64,000 nt of DNA, taken from the NCBI GenBank assembly GCA_964035545.1, contig OZ037765.1:32673504-32737503 (forward strand), given 5' to 3'. The position numbers were made by a program, and so were the translations under genes. Positions 1 through 27,231 of this stretch are shown here, piece by piece; the stretch's first letter is position 1, and every line of letters starts with the position of its first letter. Below the pieces are notes generated by a model. That model ran no database searches, had not been told where the DNA came from, and saw nothing but the letters and a program-made list of their open reading frames with translations. Origin of the DNA: Bugula neritina. Its lineage: Eukaryota > Animalia > Bryozoa.

Positions 1-258
1 TTCGTGTGCGTACAGTATTCTTTATTGTAGTAGAGATGTATCCAGTCCGGGCTCCAGTCTTCAAGTGACTGAAGCTCGAAAATGCGTGTTTTTTTATACT
101 AGTAAAACAAAGGACTTCTAGAACCTTCCACCGACAGCAGGCCGATATTCGGCAGGAAATGCAGCATGTCGCCAACCGACACTAAAAATGTCGGGAACCG
201 ACATTTGGTCTGTCTGTCTGCGTCCAGCTGCCGAACTAGGTCCAACAGTCAGTTTACA
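1..258 (-). mobile_element. Partial LTR of an LTR retrotransposon (5' or solo LTR, running off the left edge)
   Basis: GC-richer block that ends abruptly at 258. The minus strand starts TGT(AAAC) at 258, then has TATAAAAAAA (98-89) and AATAAA (26-21) in U3-R order. No polypurine tract abuts the TG end. Confidence 0.5.
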
Positions 259-779
259 TAAATAAGCAAAAAGAAATGAACCCAACCAAGTGTATGTATT
301 GTACTTATAATTAGGGAAAAAGGGATTATCTATTCACTATGCTAAAAGCTTAACAATAGACATAGTATTTAAAGTATTGGCAAGTTAAGCCACAGACTTG
401 GCTATAACTACAGTACTAGCCATAGGGAAGGGTCAAGGGGGATGACTCCAATATTTACTACCATATTCTCTCAAATATTTCTAACAAAGAATGGTAGGAT
501 GCGTGGCTCATCAAAACAAGAAAATGTTGCTAAGCCAAAGTTAATACTTTTTAAAGGATCATCAATTAGTTTTTCCCTATGCTATTTTCAGTAATTAGTT
601 TCATAGAAATTTTACTTTAGCTTCATTAAAAGTTAATAAACTTAACACTTATTTCACACAGTATCACACACCCACATAGTTTATCATTTTCTATAGAGTT
701 CCTCTGCAGGGCAAGTTATTCTATCACAATATTAATATCAATATGAAACAGCTTCGGTCTAGATAATAATTACAAAAAT

Positions 780-1250
780 AATAAATTAGTATCACTATGA
801 CTATCAGTACTACTATCATTATAATTATTTAGATTAACCATACTAATGTACACTAACACTATGACTAATAGTAATACACTGACAGCATGAGTGTAACTGT
901 ATAAGTATGAGTATACTCATACTTATACAATTACACTCATACACTGATACAGTATGATACTGCTAGGACTACTAGGTCTAGTAGTACTAGTAGTGCTACT
1001 ACTAACACTACTTCTACTTCTAGTAATACTAACACTGTAAATGTAATAGTATCAAATAATCAATATGCGACTATTACCATTATGGCATTAGTATTGCTAT
1101 TAGTATTAGTATTACTATCAATATTACTATTAGTAATACTAATAGTAATAGTATTTCTCGAGTCCAACTCCAAGTCCAAGTCTAAGAGTAAGTGAGTCAG
1201 TTACTCTTACTCTAACTCTTACTGAGTCTAAGTCTTAGTAATAGTTAACA
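780..1250. repeat. Low-complexity AT-rich degenerate hexamer repeats (ACTAAT/AGTAAT/AGTCTA-like), including a 54-bp palindrome at 887-940
   Basis: Seen directly; a similar tract lies at about 1840-2480. Confidence 0.7.
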
Positions 1251-1439
1251 AATAAACATTTACATTTATTTTTAAATTGAGATAAAACTTAAAGCCTACA
1301 GGATAAATAAATTACCTTGCAGGAAAAAAAAAATTTAAAAAGTTGTCATCGACAAGGATAGACCATTGAAATATTTAAAGTATAGAATTATTATGAATTA
1401 TTATTATCAATTCGCTTTTAGTTTTAATCATTAATCTCG

Positions 1440-1680
1440 GGTTCAGCACTGGGCACACACAAATAATAACGGGGAATTCCCTACTGGTTGACTTAACAGC
1501 GCAGAATCCAACTAGCAACTCGGTCTATATTTAGTAAGCTCCGCCGACACCAACGTTAGAAAAGTTACGTGTAGTCATTATACGAGCTTAGCATATATAA
1601 GGCTTCGAGCTAAGGTCAAAGTTAAACTCGGTTAAACAATTTCCGGTTTATTATAGTTTATTTCATTTTTCCCCGAGGAA
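1440..1680. promoter_or_regulatory. CpG-richer island, candidate promoter or first non-coding exon of ZC3H11A
   Basis: Local CpG enrichment within AT-rich DNA, GGGAATTCCC at 1472-1481 and TATATAA near 1594. The first coding exon has an acceptor at 3956-3957, so an upstream UTR exon is needed. Confidence 0.3.
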
Positions 1681-4011
1681 TTTTTTTCGTATCAATGTTT
1701 GTCTATATTCTATAACTGCAACTTTCCAACATTTTCTTGCCACTGCTCTTCAAACTTGACTCTGAAGCTCGTATTCAATACTGCTGAAAATTATTATTTT
1801 CGTATTTGTTTACTTGTATTCTTTACCCAATGGCCAAGACTTAGAGTTAGAGTTAGACTTAGATTAAGTCTAATAAATATAATTTAATTTATATAAATAA
1901 TAATATTATTATTATTAATAATATAATCATAATGATTATCTATAAAAGTAAAACCAACAATGAACAAAATGAAAATATAATGAAATAATTATATTATAAA
2001 TATAGTGAATATAATGTTAATAATCATAATGATAGATAATAGACATTCAGTTTTACATGCTCATACTCCATACTGATACTTACTGCTTAGTCTTTTAGTT
2101 TTAGTCATACTCATACTCATACTCATAGTGATACTGATAGTGACTGATACTAACTCACATCATCAGTGACTGTAAACTGTGATTGATGCTCATTTAGTTT
2201 ATCTTTTACTTTTATATATTTTTAGTTTTAGCCATAATCATAGTGATTTACTTTCACTTTTAGATTTTTTGATAGTCATATTTATAATCATAATGGTTGT
2301 ATTTGTGACCATTATGATTATGATTATTAGTATGAATATTAGTATGAATATGATTATAAAGGTATACTCATATTATTGATGATGACCATAGTTGATAACG
2401 ATAAAATAAGGAATAATATTATGATAGCCATCTAGTTTAACTCCAAGTGTTTAGGATTATCATTATCATGATGATGGTCACAATAGTAATGATGTTTAAA
2501 ATTAATGGTTAGTGCTACTGGTTTTGGTCTTGTGATAAACTTGAAGGGGTCGCACAAGTTGTTTAGTATACAAATTGCTGTCCATTCCATGCAAAAATGG
2601 ATTATAATTTGATCCGCTGGATAACCACTTAAATGATGTTAGTTTAATAATTTATTCTTATTGCATTCCAGCATGTATCTTTCACACTTCCCATGTCACT
2701 TATTGATCAATCTTATATTAATCAATTATCTATTATGATTTAATATGAACAGGCTATTATTTTTCAGTTTTATTTTGATCTAGGTTTTATATCACTCTAT
2801 TAACCTATGTATGTACTGATGTATAACTCATAAATCAAATATTAAATAAATATAAAAAATATTGTATTTTAGTTAATTTATATTGATGTATATGAAACAG
2901 CTTATCTGATGTGTACGAAATGACCTGATGGTGACATTCACAATCATAATGATAATCAATGTTTAGGAATATTCTTGCTTTTAAGTTTATCTGAAGCTTT
3001 AATTTTAATTTTTTTTTTATAAAATTTACCATTTAGGCATAGCTCAAGTTCACTACTAGTTATACTAAATCTCACATTTTAGTTGTATTTATACTTCTAG
3101 TAATACTAATTGTAAATCACTAAATTTGATAGCTATTCTTGTCAGTAAGTTTTAGTTAGGCTCACAAAAATATTAGTATTAGAAAAGCTATTGAGCTATT
3201 TCGCTAAATAATATTGTGAAGGATCAGTTTAACAATAATATAGGCCATTTACATCACTGTGAGTGTGTTAAATGCAGGAAGCATTATCGTCTTGTATTGT
3301 GCTGATGGTGGTTAACTAATCGAAGCAGTTAAATTTTGTTTTGTTTACATTGCTGCTGTTTTTGCATCTTTATTTGTTTGTCTCATTTTCATTTTGTGTC
3401 TGCGCATGTGTACTTCATTTCGTCTTCCTTCACCCAATCTCACATTGTATCCTAGTTATACTAGTATCAGTATGGATAATTGTGGTAATATAACATTACC
3501 AGAATGTATTTATTTTTTTATTCGCCGCTATCATTCTAAAATACAAGAATGGTAATTTTTATTTACATTTACAAGCATTTACAATTAAAACAAATTGATT
3601 GGAGTCTTTATAATTATGACTATCATTAGGCTTTTTCTTTACAATATTTTTAATTACAATATTTATCAAAAATGAACTATAATAATCTTTTCACTGATAG
3701 TTTATCTTTATTTTTTGTTAGGCTTTTAAGTGGGGCTTAGTGACTGAGCAGCCAAGTAGGGGTCTACTTACACATATATACTAAGTGATATAGTATATTA
3801 GTGTTAAATCTATAGAACCCTTATAACTCAGTCTGGAATTTAAAAGTAGCATTTCTTATAAAGTATAGCAGAAACTGACTAACTGAAAAATTGTAAAATG
3901 TGTTCTCATTCATTTGTTTTCCATTATGTCTATATCCTATTTAATTAATTTTTTTAGAATATTTGGGGTATCTTGGAGTTATCCTATCTAAAGTAACACT
4001 GCTTCAGCACT

Positions 4012-20051
<16,040 letters not shown>

Positions 20052-23000
20052 ACCAACTTTTGTGTATTTTATTTCTTTCTCTCCAATCTTCAATTAGCCA
20101 GCTGGAAAATCATGTCTATTTTGTTGAGTCATTTTTAATGAAGGATGTAATTTCATTCACTTTATAAGTTTCCAAGGGTTACGAAGTTAATGGATTTTTA
20201 ATAATATTTTTTTCATGATTATCCCCTTATTTTATGCTGTTATGATTTAGTGTATATAACTTGTAAAATTTGCATATATACAACTATGTGACCCTTTTAG
20301 CATGTACCATTCTAATATGATAATTATATTTTAAGCATGAATTTTAAAAGCATCAATTATGTGGCTTTAATTCTCGAGAAAAATATACATTTTGTGGCAT
20401 CCTTCAAACTCAATGTCATCTGTGAATTAAGAGCTAATTTTTGCTGAAAGTGGGTTTCCTGGCATTCAAAGAAGAGCTGCCAAGTTAGCTTTTTCGTTTA
20501 CGCAGCAGCGAAATATCCTGTATAATTTAGATCTACCTGTATGCACTGGCGGTGCATAACGTACTTGGAACAGGTACACTTATGGTCCCATATGTCAAAG
20601 TACATACCATGTATTATAATGTATCTGTGTGTGCACCAGAACCTTGGCTTACTTTGTTGACCAACATTAGAATGTAATCAACTCAGCGCTCTGTCCAACT
20701 ATGCTATGGGACACACCCTCTTTGACATAACGTAATTGCGAGTTTGTAGCACCAGTTGGTACAACTTGGTACACACACTGCGAGTAGATCCATCCTGCAA
20801 GCTGACATCTAAATGTCTTCATCAATTAATATTCTGATTTAATTAGTCTAACAATGTTTATTTCTTTCCCCTCCCTCTCTAACTATTTCACTCTTGAATT
20901 TGGTCTAGGTAGGGTAAGGTTAGTTGATGTTGCTATTGAAATTGACTAATGAATGAATATAAAACATGATGTCAATAGATTTAGCACAAACTGCATCATT
21001 TTGGGGCACCCATAATATACTATATTTGCATAAGCTTTATGTTGGTATTTGAACTATTTCTATTCCGCTTCTCAACAGTAAAATAAAGAGGTAATACTCT
21101 CATGCAATGCAACAGAGGACTTCTTTTTACATGAAAGAGTCCATGAGCGCCAAATGCAAGCACAAGCGCTCATATACTTCCGAATTCCCAAAGTTTAAAT
21201 TGGCATGGGTTTCATCCTGTTATGTAATTGTAAACTTTTTCTTAAATAGAAAGCGGCAATTCATTTGTTATCAAAAATCAAATTATTTGGACAGGTTTTT
21301 GCTGCATTTCCTTTCAGGAAACTAAAAGCATTTTATTGGCCTGTTAATGCTCGTTGAGTTTCTCAGAATTCTGCACTTATTGCATTCAAAAGCAACCACT
21401 TTAAATGGTGATAACGGTTTTTGTTATTTTATTGTATGGTGAGCTCAATTGACCTCAGTTATCCATCTTTGGATCTTGACTTGATGCAATTTTCTAAAAT
21501 ATACCTACTAGAAACTTTTTTAAACCTTCAACTTTTGATTATATGTTTAATTTTGCCTGCTGTACTTTAATTTTGTTAAAACTTGTTAGAGATAATCAGT
21601 TCTGCTATTGGTAGGTTTTGCCTTTGTTCCTCTACTTCATCTTAAGCTGCTAGGTGGTAAAACTACTATAGCAGGTCTGACGAGTTTCATTATACTTAGG
21701 CTCAATTGCATTTGATTGACCGACTTTCTTTTAAATCAGAACTTTGCAGTATAACATCCCCATGAGATATTTCTTGCAAGCAGAAGTTTTTCACTAGAAG
21801 CTGTTTGATGGCAATTATATGCATTGCACTTTAGATAAAACATTGCCGAAGCATTTAGTTTTTATTTTAATATGGAGGTGTTGCACCCCAAACCCCATAC
21901 AAATAGTAAACCATTTGTGGCTCCAGCTTCTCGTTGATCAACAGTTAATTAAAGTGTTTTCATTATTCAGAAATAAACTGAAGTAACAAAGTTTTCTATT
22001 GGCTGACCAACTATGCTCTGAAGGGTGTAGTTTACAATTTATTTTATCTCTAAGTGTGCTATAAATAGCACATTCGGTCTAAAATTGTCCACTTTTGTGA
22101 ATTCTCAACCATTATGTCATAATATACAGGATTTACTGAGTAGGTGGAGAATCAACCTATTTGTCTCTCAAATCGCCTTCCTGAATTGTAATAGATGCAA
22201 CGACTCCAGAAAACCTATTTTTATTTTATTTACTTTTCAAAGTTTGCCAAAGATGTTTTGGATTCATGGCAGTTTTTCAAGCACCTGGTGCCGTTTGTCA
22301 ATTAGCTATTTGCCTTACGGTCAGGGTCACATTCAAGGTCAGTTTTATAGTCGTGATGCTATGAGGGTACACGTATGAAACATGGCCATGGAGTTTTTCA
22401 TTTCACTGCATTGTAGCATAAGCTAAAACAATGATTCCTATATGAGGTCCATTTTTTCACAACCAAGCGAAATCAACATTTGTGTGCAGAAAAAGTTCTC
22501 CCTTCAAGATGATTGCTTGTCATTAGCTCTAACACTTAAGCACCTTGACCTATATTCAAAGATTTCCTGCTAATAAAAATGTAAACATATTTAGAGTTGT
22601 TTAAAGTTTGACTAGAAATATTGTTATTCAAGACAACTGATAAGCCAGCTATAATTGCCACTCTGAAATTTTGAACAGCATTTTATTTGACTTGTAATTG
22701 GTTCCGTATATCAATTTTTCCTATATTCAAAGATACAGGTAAAAGTTGAAGTTGTAAGCACGGAATCAATAAGAGTTTATTACATTTATCTCAAGGTTCT
22801 TTTGTACTTTAGTCATGCAAACAAGTTCTAGCATAACTATAAACATTAGCTATTGCATCACAGTTGTAGTTATTATAGACTTTTGTGATGAGTCACGATT
22901 TATTTTAATTTAGTTATTAGCAATGATAATGCTCAACTTAGTGACAGTCTTTCAAACAGTGAATAATCTAAATTTATAGGAAAGGCGTTCATTATTTTAA

Positions 23001-23684
23001 TGAAGGCCGTGATTTTTAAAGCATTAAATTGAGTGTAATGTGGGGGAGATAGGACACTGGATTGCCATGGAACCATTACCAACAGTTACAGCAACATTAG
23101 ATACTAAGGCGTGTTGGAATCTGACATAATGAAAATGCTAATAAGGGTTATCACCCTTCCTCGTTAATAATAGATAAGCCCAGAGAGCATACTATTGGGT
23201 TAGACTTGAAGCCAACCATCAAACTCCAAGCCAATCAATCTTCATCAAAATGTATACATACTGCAGAATATCCATTGTTTTAAATACAAGCAATTTCAAT
23301 GCAAATCAGTATTTCTTCACGTGATGCTGCAATCATTAATGATATACACATAACCATAGCAACTGGAGTTTAGAATTCACATTAGCAAATAACGAGAGCT
23401 GGCTAAACATTCTCGAGTAGATCTTTAGAACACAGGCTTTTTTCAAGTAGCATATTTTACAGTCATTACAGCTAATAATGATTTCCATAGATCTGGGCAT
23501 ATAAAATAAAATGATTTTATCTCGAGTGCATATTTGACAGAATTCTAGCACATCAAGTAGATCTAGATAAAAGGATAACAAGAATACGTGATATTTTCTC
23601 ATGACAACAACAGCTTTAATTGTTAAACTTTTATAAAGCTAGCTACGCTGATTTTATCTGTGACATTTTCCTTCACCTGCAAAC

Positions 23685-26600
23685 ATGACCATCCCTCATG
23701 ATCCTGTACAAAGGAAACCTCCAGCTAAGAAACAAAAGTGAGTATCTAAAATAATTTAAGTTTATTTAAAATTCAAACTAGCAAAATTATGCTCAATTAT
23801 TCTTGAAAAAAATTTTCTATTCAAAAATTTAAAGCTGTATAAGCATGCTATATAAACTGATATATTTTACTACACTTTTAATTCAAAAAATATTATGAGA
23901 AAACTTTTTGAGATTATCTTTACAAAGTTAACTAAGTAGTGTATTTAAAACCAATATTTTTCAATAGCATAAATAATTTTTTTTTGAAAATAAAATTTTG
24001 TTAAGCTAGAATATCATAAGTAGTATGAAGTAAACATCTCATGCATACAGATATAGTGCATAGAGTATGTAGGGATACATTGCAGTAGCTATATCTTATA
24101 AATTCTAAAGCAATATACTGCCTATTTTAGGTTCCACGAGTACCTTGCTAAAATATGTGTGAACCACAAGTTCATGTTGTTTGTTTTGATCGTATCCGTT
24201 GGCGACGCTCTGCTTGTTGCCACTGAGCTCACCGTGGATATTCTTGCTATCAAGATTCGTAAGTAAAACATCTGCTGGTTTTATTATTTGCTAAAATATC
24301 ATTCATTAATTGCATGCAGTAAAATATTTAACCAATTGATTATGCAAATTAATTGCCAATTTTTCAATCTTCATTATAAGCTTATTGAATCAACTTTTAT
24401 TCCTTTATTTCTTAATCCCAGATTTTAATAAAATTGTGAGTGTATAAATTATTCAATTTACTCTTGTTATATTTTAAAAAATAAATTACATATATATTGA
24501 TATAATATTGAAGTAACAAGTTATATTAGACTTGGTTTAACACTCTCTGCTATTTTCAATAGAAAAAGCTGAAGTGTGTGACACTAAGGACATTCTGAAG
24601 TACTTGAAGCGAGAGCACCCTGGCGAGCTTGACGAGTTGTTTGCCAACTACACGCTGAAGGAAATACTGTACAAACTGAAGACGAGGAATGACCATCACT
24701 ACCACCACAAGAGGGACGTCTCGGCAGTTCTAAACTCCGAGCACTTCCTTGACCGTAGTAAGAGAGCCGCTCCTTCAGGGGGTAAAGGGGCGTATGAGGA
24801 GAACCCCATGTCTTCTGTTCTACTATTTGAAGTGGCCCATGCTTGCAGATATGGAAGTATTGCACTGCTGAGCTGCATGTTTCTCATTGTAAGTATAAAA
24901 TGAAGAAATCTAATAAAAGTGTGACGCTAATGTGAGCTAAGCACGCTGTTTGGGTGTTGAGCAATCAATCATGGCAAGCTGAATGTTGAGTAACCAAACA
25001 TTTTGGTCTATTCAATTATAGTTTCTTCATTTGCTTCTGTGACATTATAATGCGTGGCATTTCAACAATAGCATAATGTAGCAATATAATTTAATATAAT
25101 ATAATATAATGTGATAATATATTATAATTTATATTCCCCGATTTTGTAGAACATATTCAGAGTGTATGCTATGAGGAAAGATTTCTTCCATTCAAAACTC
25201 CAGGTAAAGATTTTATCATATATAAAACAAGCTTACTAGAATTTTATTTGCTATTTAATTAACACAAAATACAAAGGATTTTGTATATTATAATACAAAA
25301 TAAAATATTATTGCTGACTGTTTTGTAGGTACTTGATGCTATCGTGGTTATCATCTCTCTCCTGTTAGATATTAGCTTCTTACCACAAGTGTGGACATTT
25401 ACCGATGCCACCCTCACTGCTATTCCTATAATCATAGGGCTATCGTGGAGAGTTGTGAGAGTTATCAATAGTGAGTCAAGTTATTCAATCATTTAAAAAT
25501 TTTTAGTATCAATTTGAGAAACGTGAAATCATGATGTAACATTTGGATAAAAAACACTATCCTGAAGAAAAAGCTTTGATATAGCTGAAAATTAAACTGT
25601 AGATTTAGTTGATTATTGCTTATCAACACTGGTTATAAACGAATTTTAAAGGGTTTCTATTTTATTGCTTGCAAATAAATAACTCGGTTTACAGAATGAT
25701 AATATTTTAATAATTGTTTATTACTTTAGACTCTCTCATTAACTTACACGAGAAAGATAAAATCTTACTAGCTAGAGAAACCGCTTTACTCAAAGAGTCA
25801 GAAAAGAGAAACAGACACAAAAAAGTAAGTACTAGTAAATCTCAATCGTTTATAAAACATATCTATAGCTAGACTTGCTAACAAGGAAGTGTCAAAAAAA
25901 TGTGTGCACATTTTGCTATTATTTGCTTTTATTTTTACTTGTTATAAAGTTTAGTAATTGAATTTTTTTTAATTTATCTGTTTTTGCAAAAGGAAGTCTG
26001 TTGTTGATTCAATTGATTTTATGTATAGCCTGTGTTTCCTATTTTTAGCATGAAATCTACAACTTAAGAGGTCTGTGCAGAAAACTGGGAGCTGAAGAAA
26101 CCGACATTACTGCTTGTGCCAAACTGGGTAAGTTCATCTCACGTTACATAATAGGAATCCTAAAAACTTTAAAAATATTCTAATTTATTCTTCCATTTTC
26201 TATTTGCGTTTAACGGATACTTTTTGTGTAAATTCAGGCAACTGCATTGCATAATTTCTTGGCTACTTTTATTGGCAGCTGGTATTAGATGCATAAAACA
26301 AGGCATACAATAAGGAAGTAAATATTTCTTTAGATTTAATAGATGTTTGTTGCATTTATCTATTTAGGAAGTTCTTAAGTTGACTTTCTTTTCAAAGGTT
26401 CTGAATATAGCAATATGACATAATATAATATAATATAATATAATATATTCTTTATAGTAAAAACTATCAAGAAAAAAAGATTTAGTAAGATTTCATTGGC
26501 TAGTGGAATCATGTCCGTCAACTCTCTTGCCTTCCTCGGAACGCTTTCCCGAGAGAAGCAACCTCATGAGCCAAACTTGGACCGAGTGGAAAGCTTCACC

Positions 26601-27231
26601 AAGACGGATGAGACAAAAGGAGACGAAGGCTTCGATACTTTACAGCGATCCGGCGACTACGTCAGACGTAATAGGAAGGGCTCCACAACCAATAAGAAAT
26701 GGGCTCGAAACACCAGTCACCGAATGTAAGTATTTGAGTTTAATTTCTGTTGCTTGAAACCCTGAAGCCTCTGTAGCTAATTGGTTAGCACGCTTGCTTG
26801 CAAGCCGGAGGTTTGTGGTTCGAATCCCGGTGGGGCAATTTTTTTACATTTTCATTGTGTGTGAAAACTAATTCTAACTTAGAACGTGTATATTCATTTT
26901 GAGAGATGGAAATGAAAATGTAATAGCCCTAGTTTAAAACTTTGAATGCTTTAGATTAAAGTTTTATGACCTGTTTCACACACTCAGGTAGTGATTGCCC
27001 AATGCAAAGTGCAGTGAACACGCTTCACGACTGCTGCAATGTTTTTGCAGGTCAAATGTTTCCTCCATTGGGTCTATTTCGATGGCGTCCAGTTTTGATC
27101 ATGACCTAGATGAAGAGGATATTGACAACACGTCTTACGAGAGAGCGACGGAGACGTCTGATACTGACAATGATGACTCTGATGGCAGAGACAGCAGCGG
27201 CAAAAGTGATAAGGTCAGCATCAAGCTGTAA
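23685..27231 (+). CDS. HVCN1: Voltage-gated proton channel family protein (HVCN1-like, Hv3-type S4 lacking the first Arg; 9 exons, ~441 aa)
   Basis: Exons 23685-23737, 24131-24258, 24563-24888, 25150-25203, 25329-25470, 25730-25824, 26049-26127, 26458-26725, 27051-27231. All are GT-AG and phase-consistent; total 1326 nt. S1 HKFMLFVLIVSVGDALLVATELTVD keeps the D112/E119/D123 equivalents. S2-S3 reads RYGSIALLSCMFLINIFRVYAMRKDFFHSKLQVLDAIVVIISLLLD and S4 reads GLSWRVVRVIN, followed by a coiled-coil-like segment and no pore domain. The symbol denotes family, not strict orthology. Confidence 0.9.
26767..26845 (+). pseudogene. tRNA-Ala(TGC)-like pseudogene or tRNA-derived Pol III unit in Hv intron 8
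   Basis: A box TAGCTAATTGG, B box GGTTCGAATCC, TTGCA anticodon-like loop and a T7 terminator at 26839-26845. Acceptor and T stems are mismatched, so it is not a functional cloverleaf. Confidence 0.65.

Noticed and set aside
1699-3032. Short ORFs at 1699, 2179 and 2835
   Set aside because: Products of low-complexity AT-rich repeats.
20640-20712. Minus-strand tRNA-like head (TAGCATAGTTGGACAGAGCG)
   Set aside because: A-box-like only, with no recognisable B box or cloverleaf; too weak to call.
26767-26838. Functional tRNA-Ala gene
   Set aside because: Acceptor, anticodon and T stems contain several mismatches.
23685-27231. TMEM266 or a Kv/TPTE voltage-sensor assignment
   Set aside because: S1 keeps the Hv selectivity Asp, S4 has WRxxRxxN, and no pore or phosphatase domain follows.
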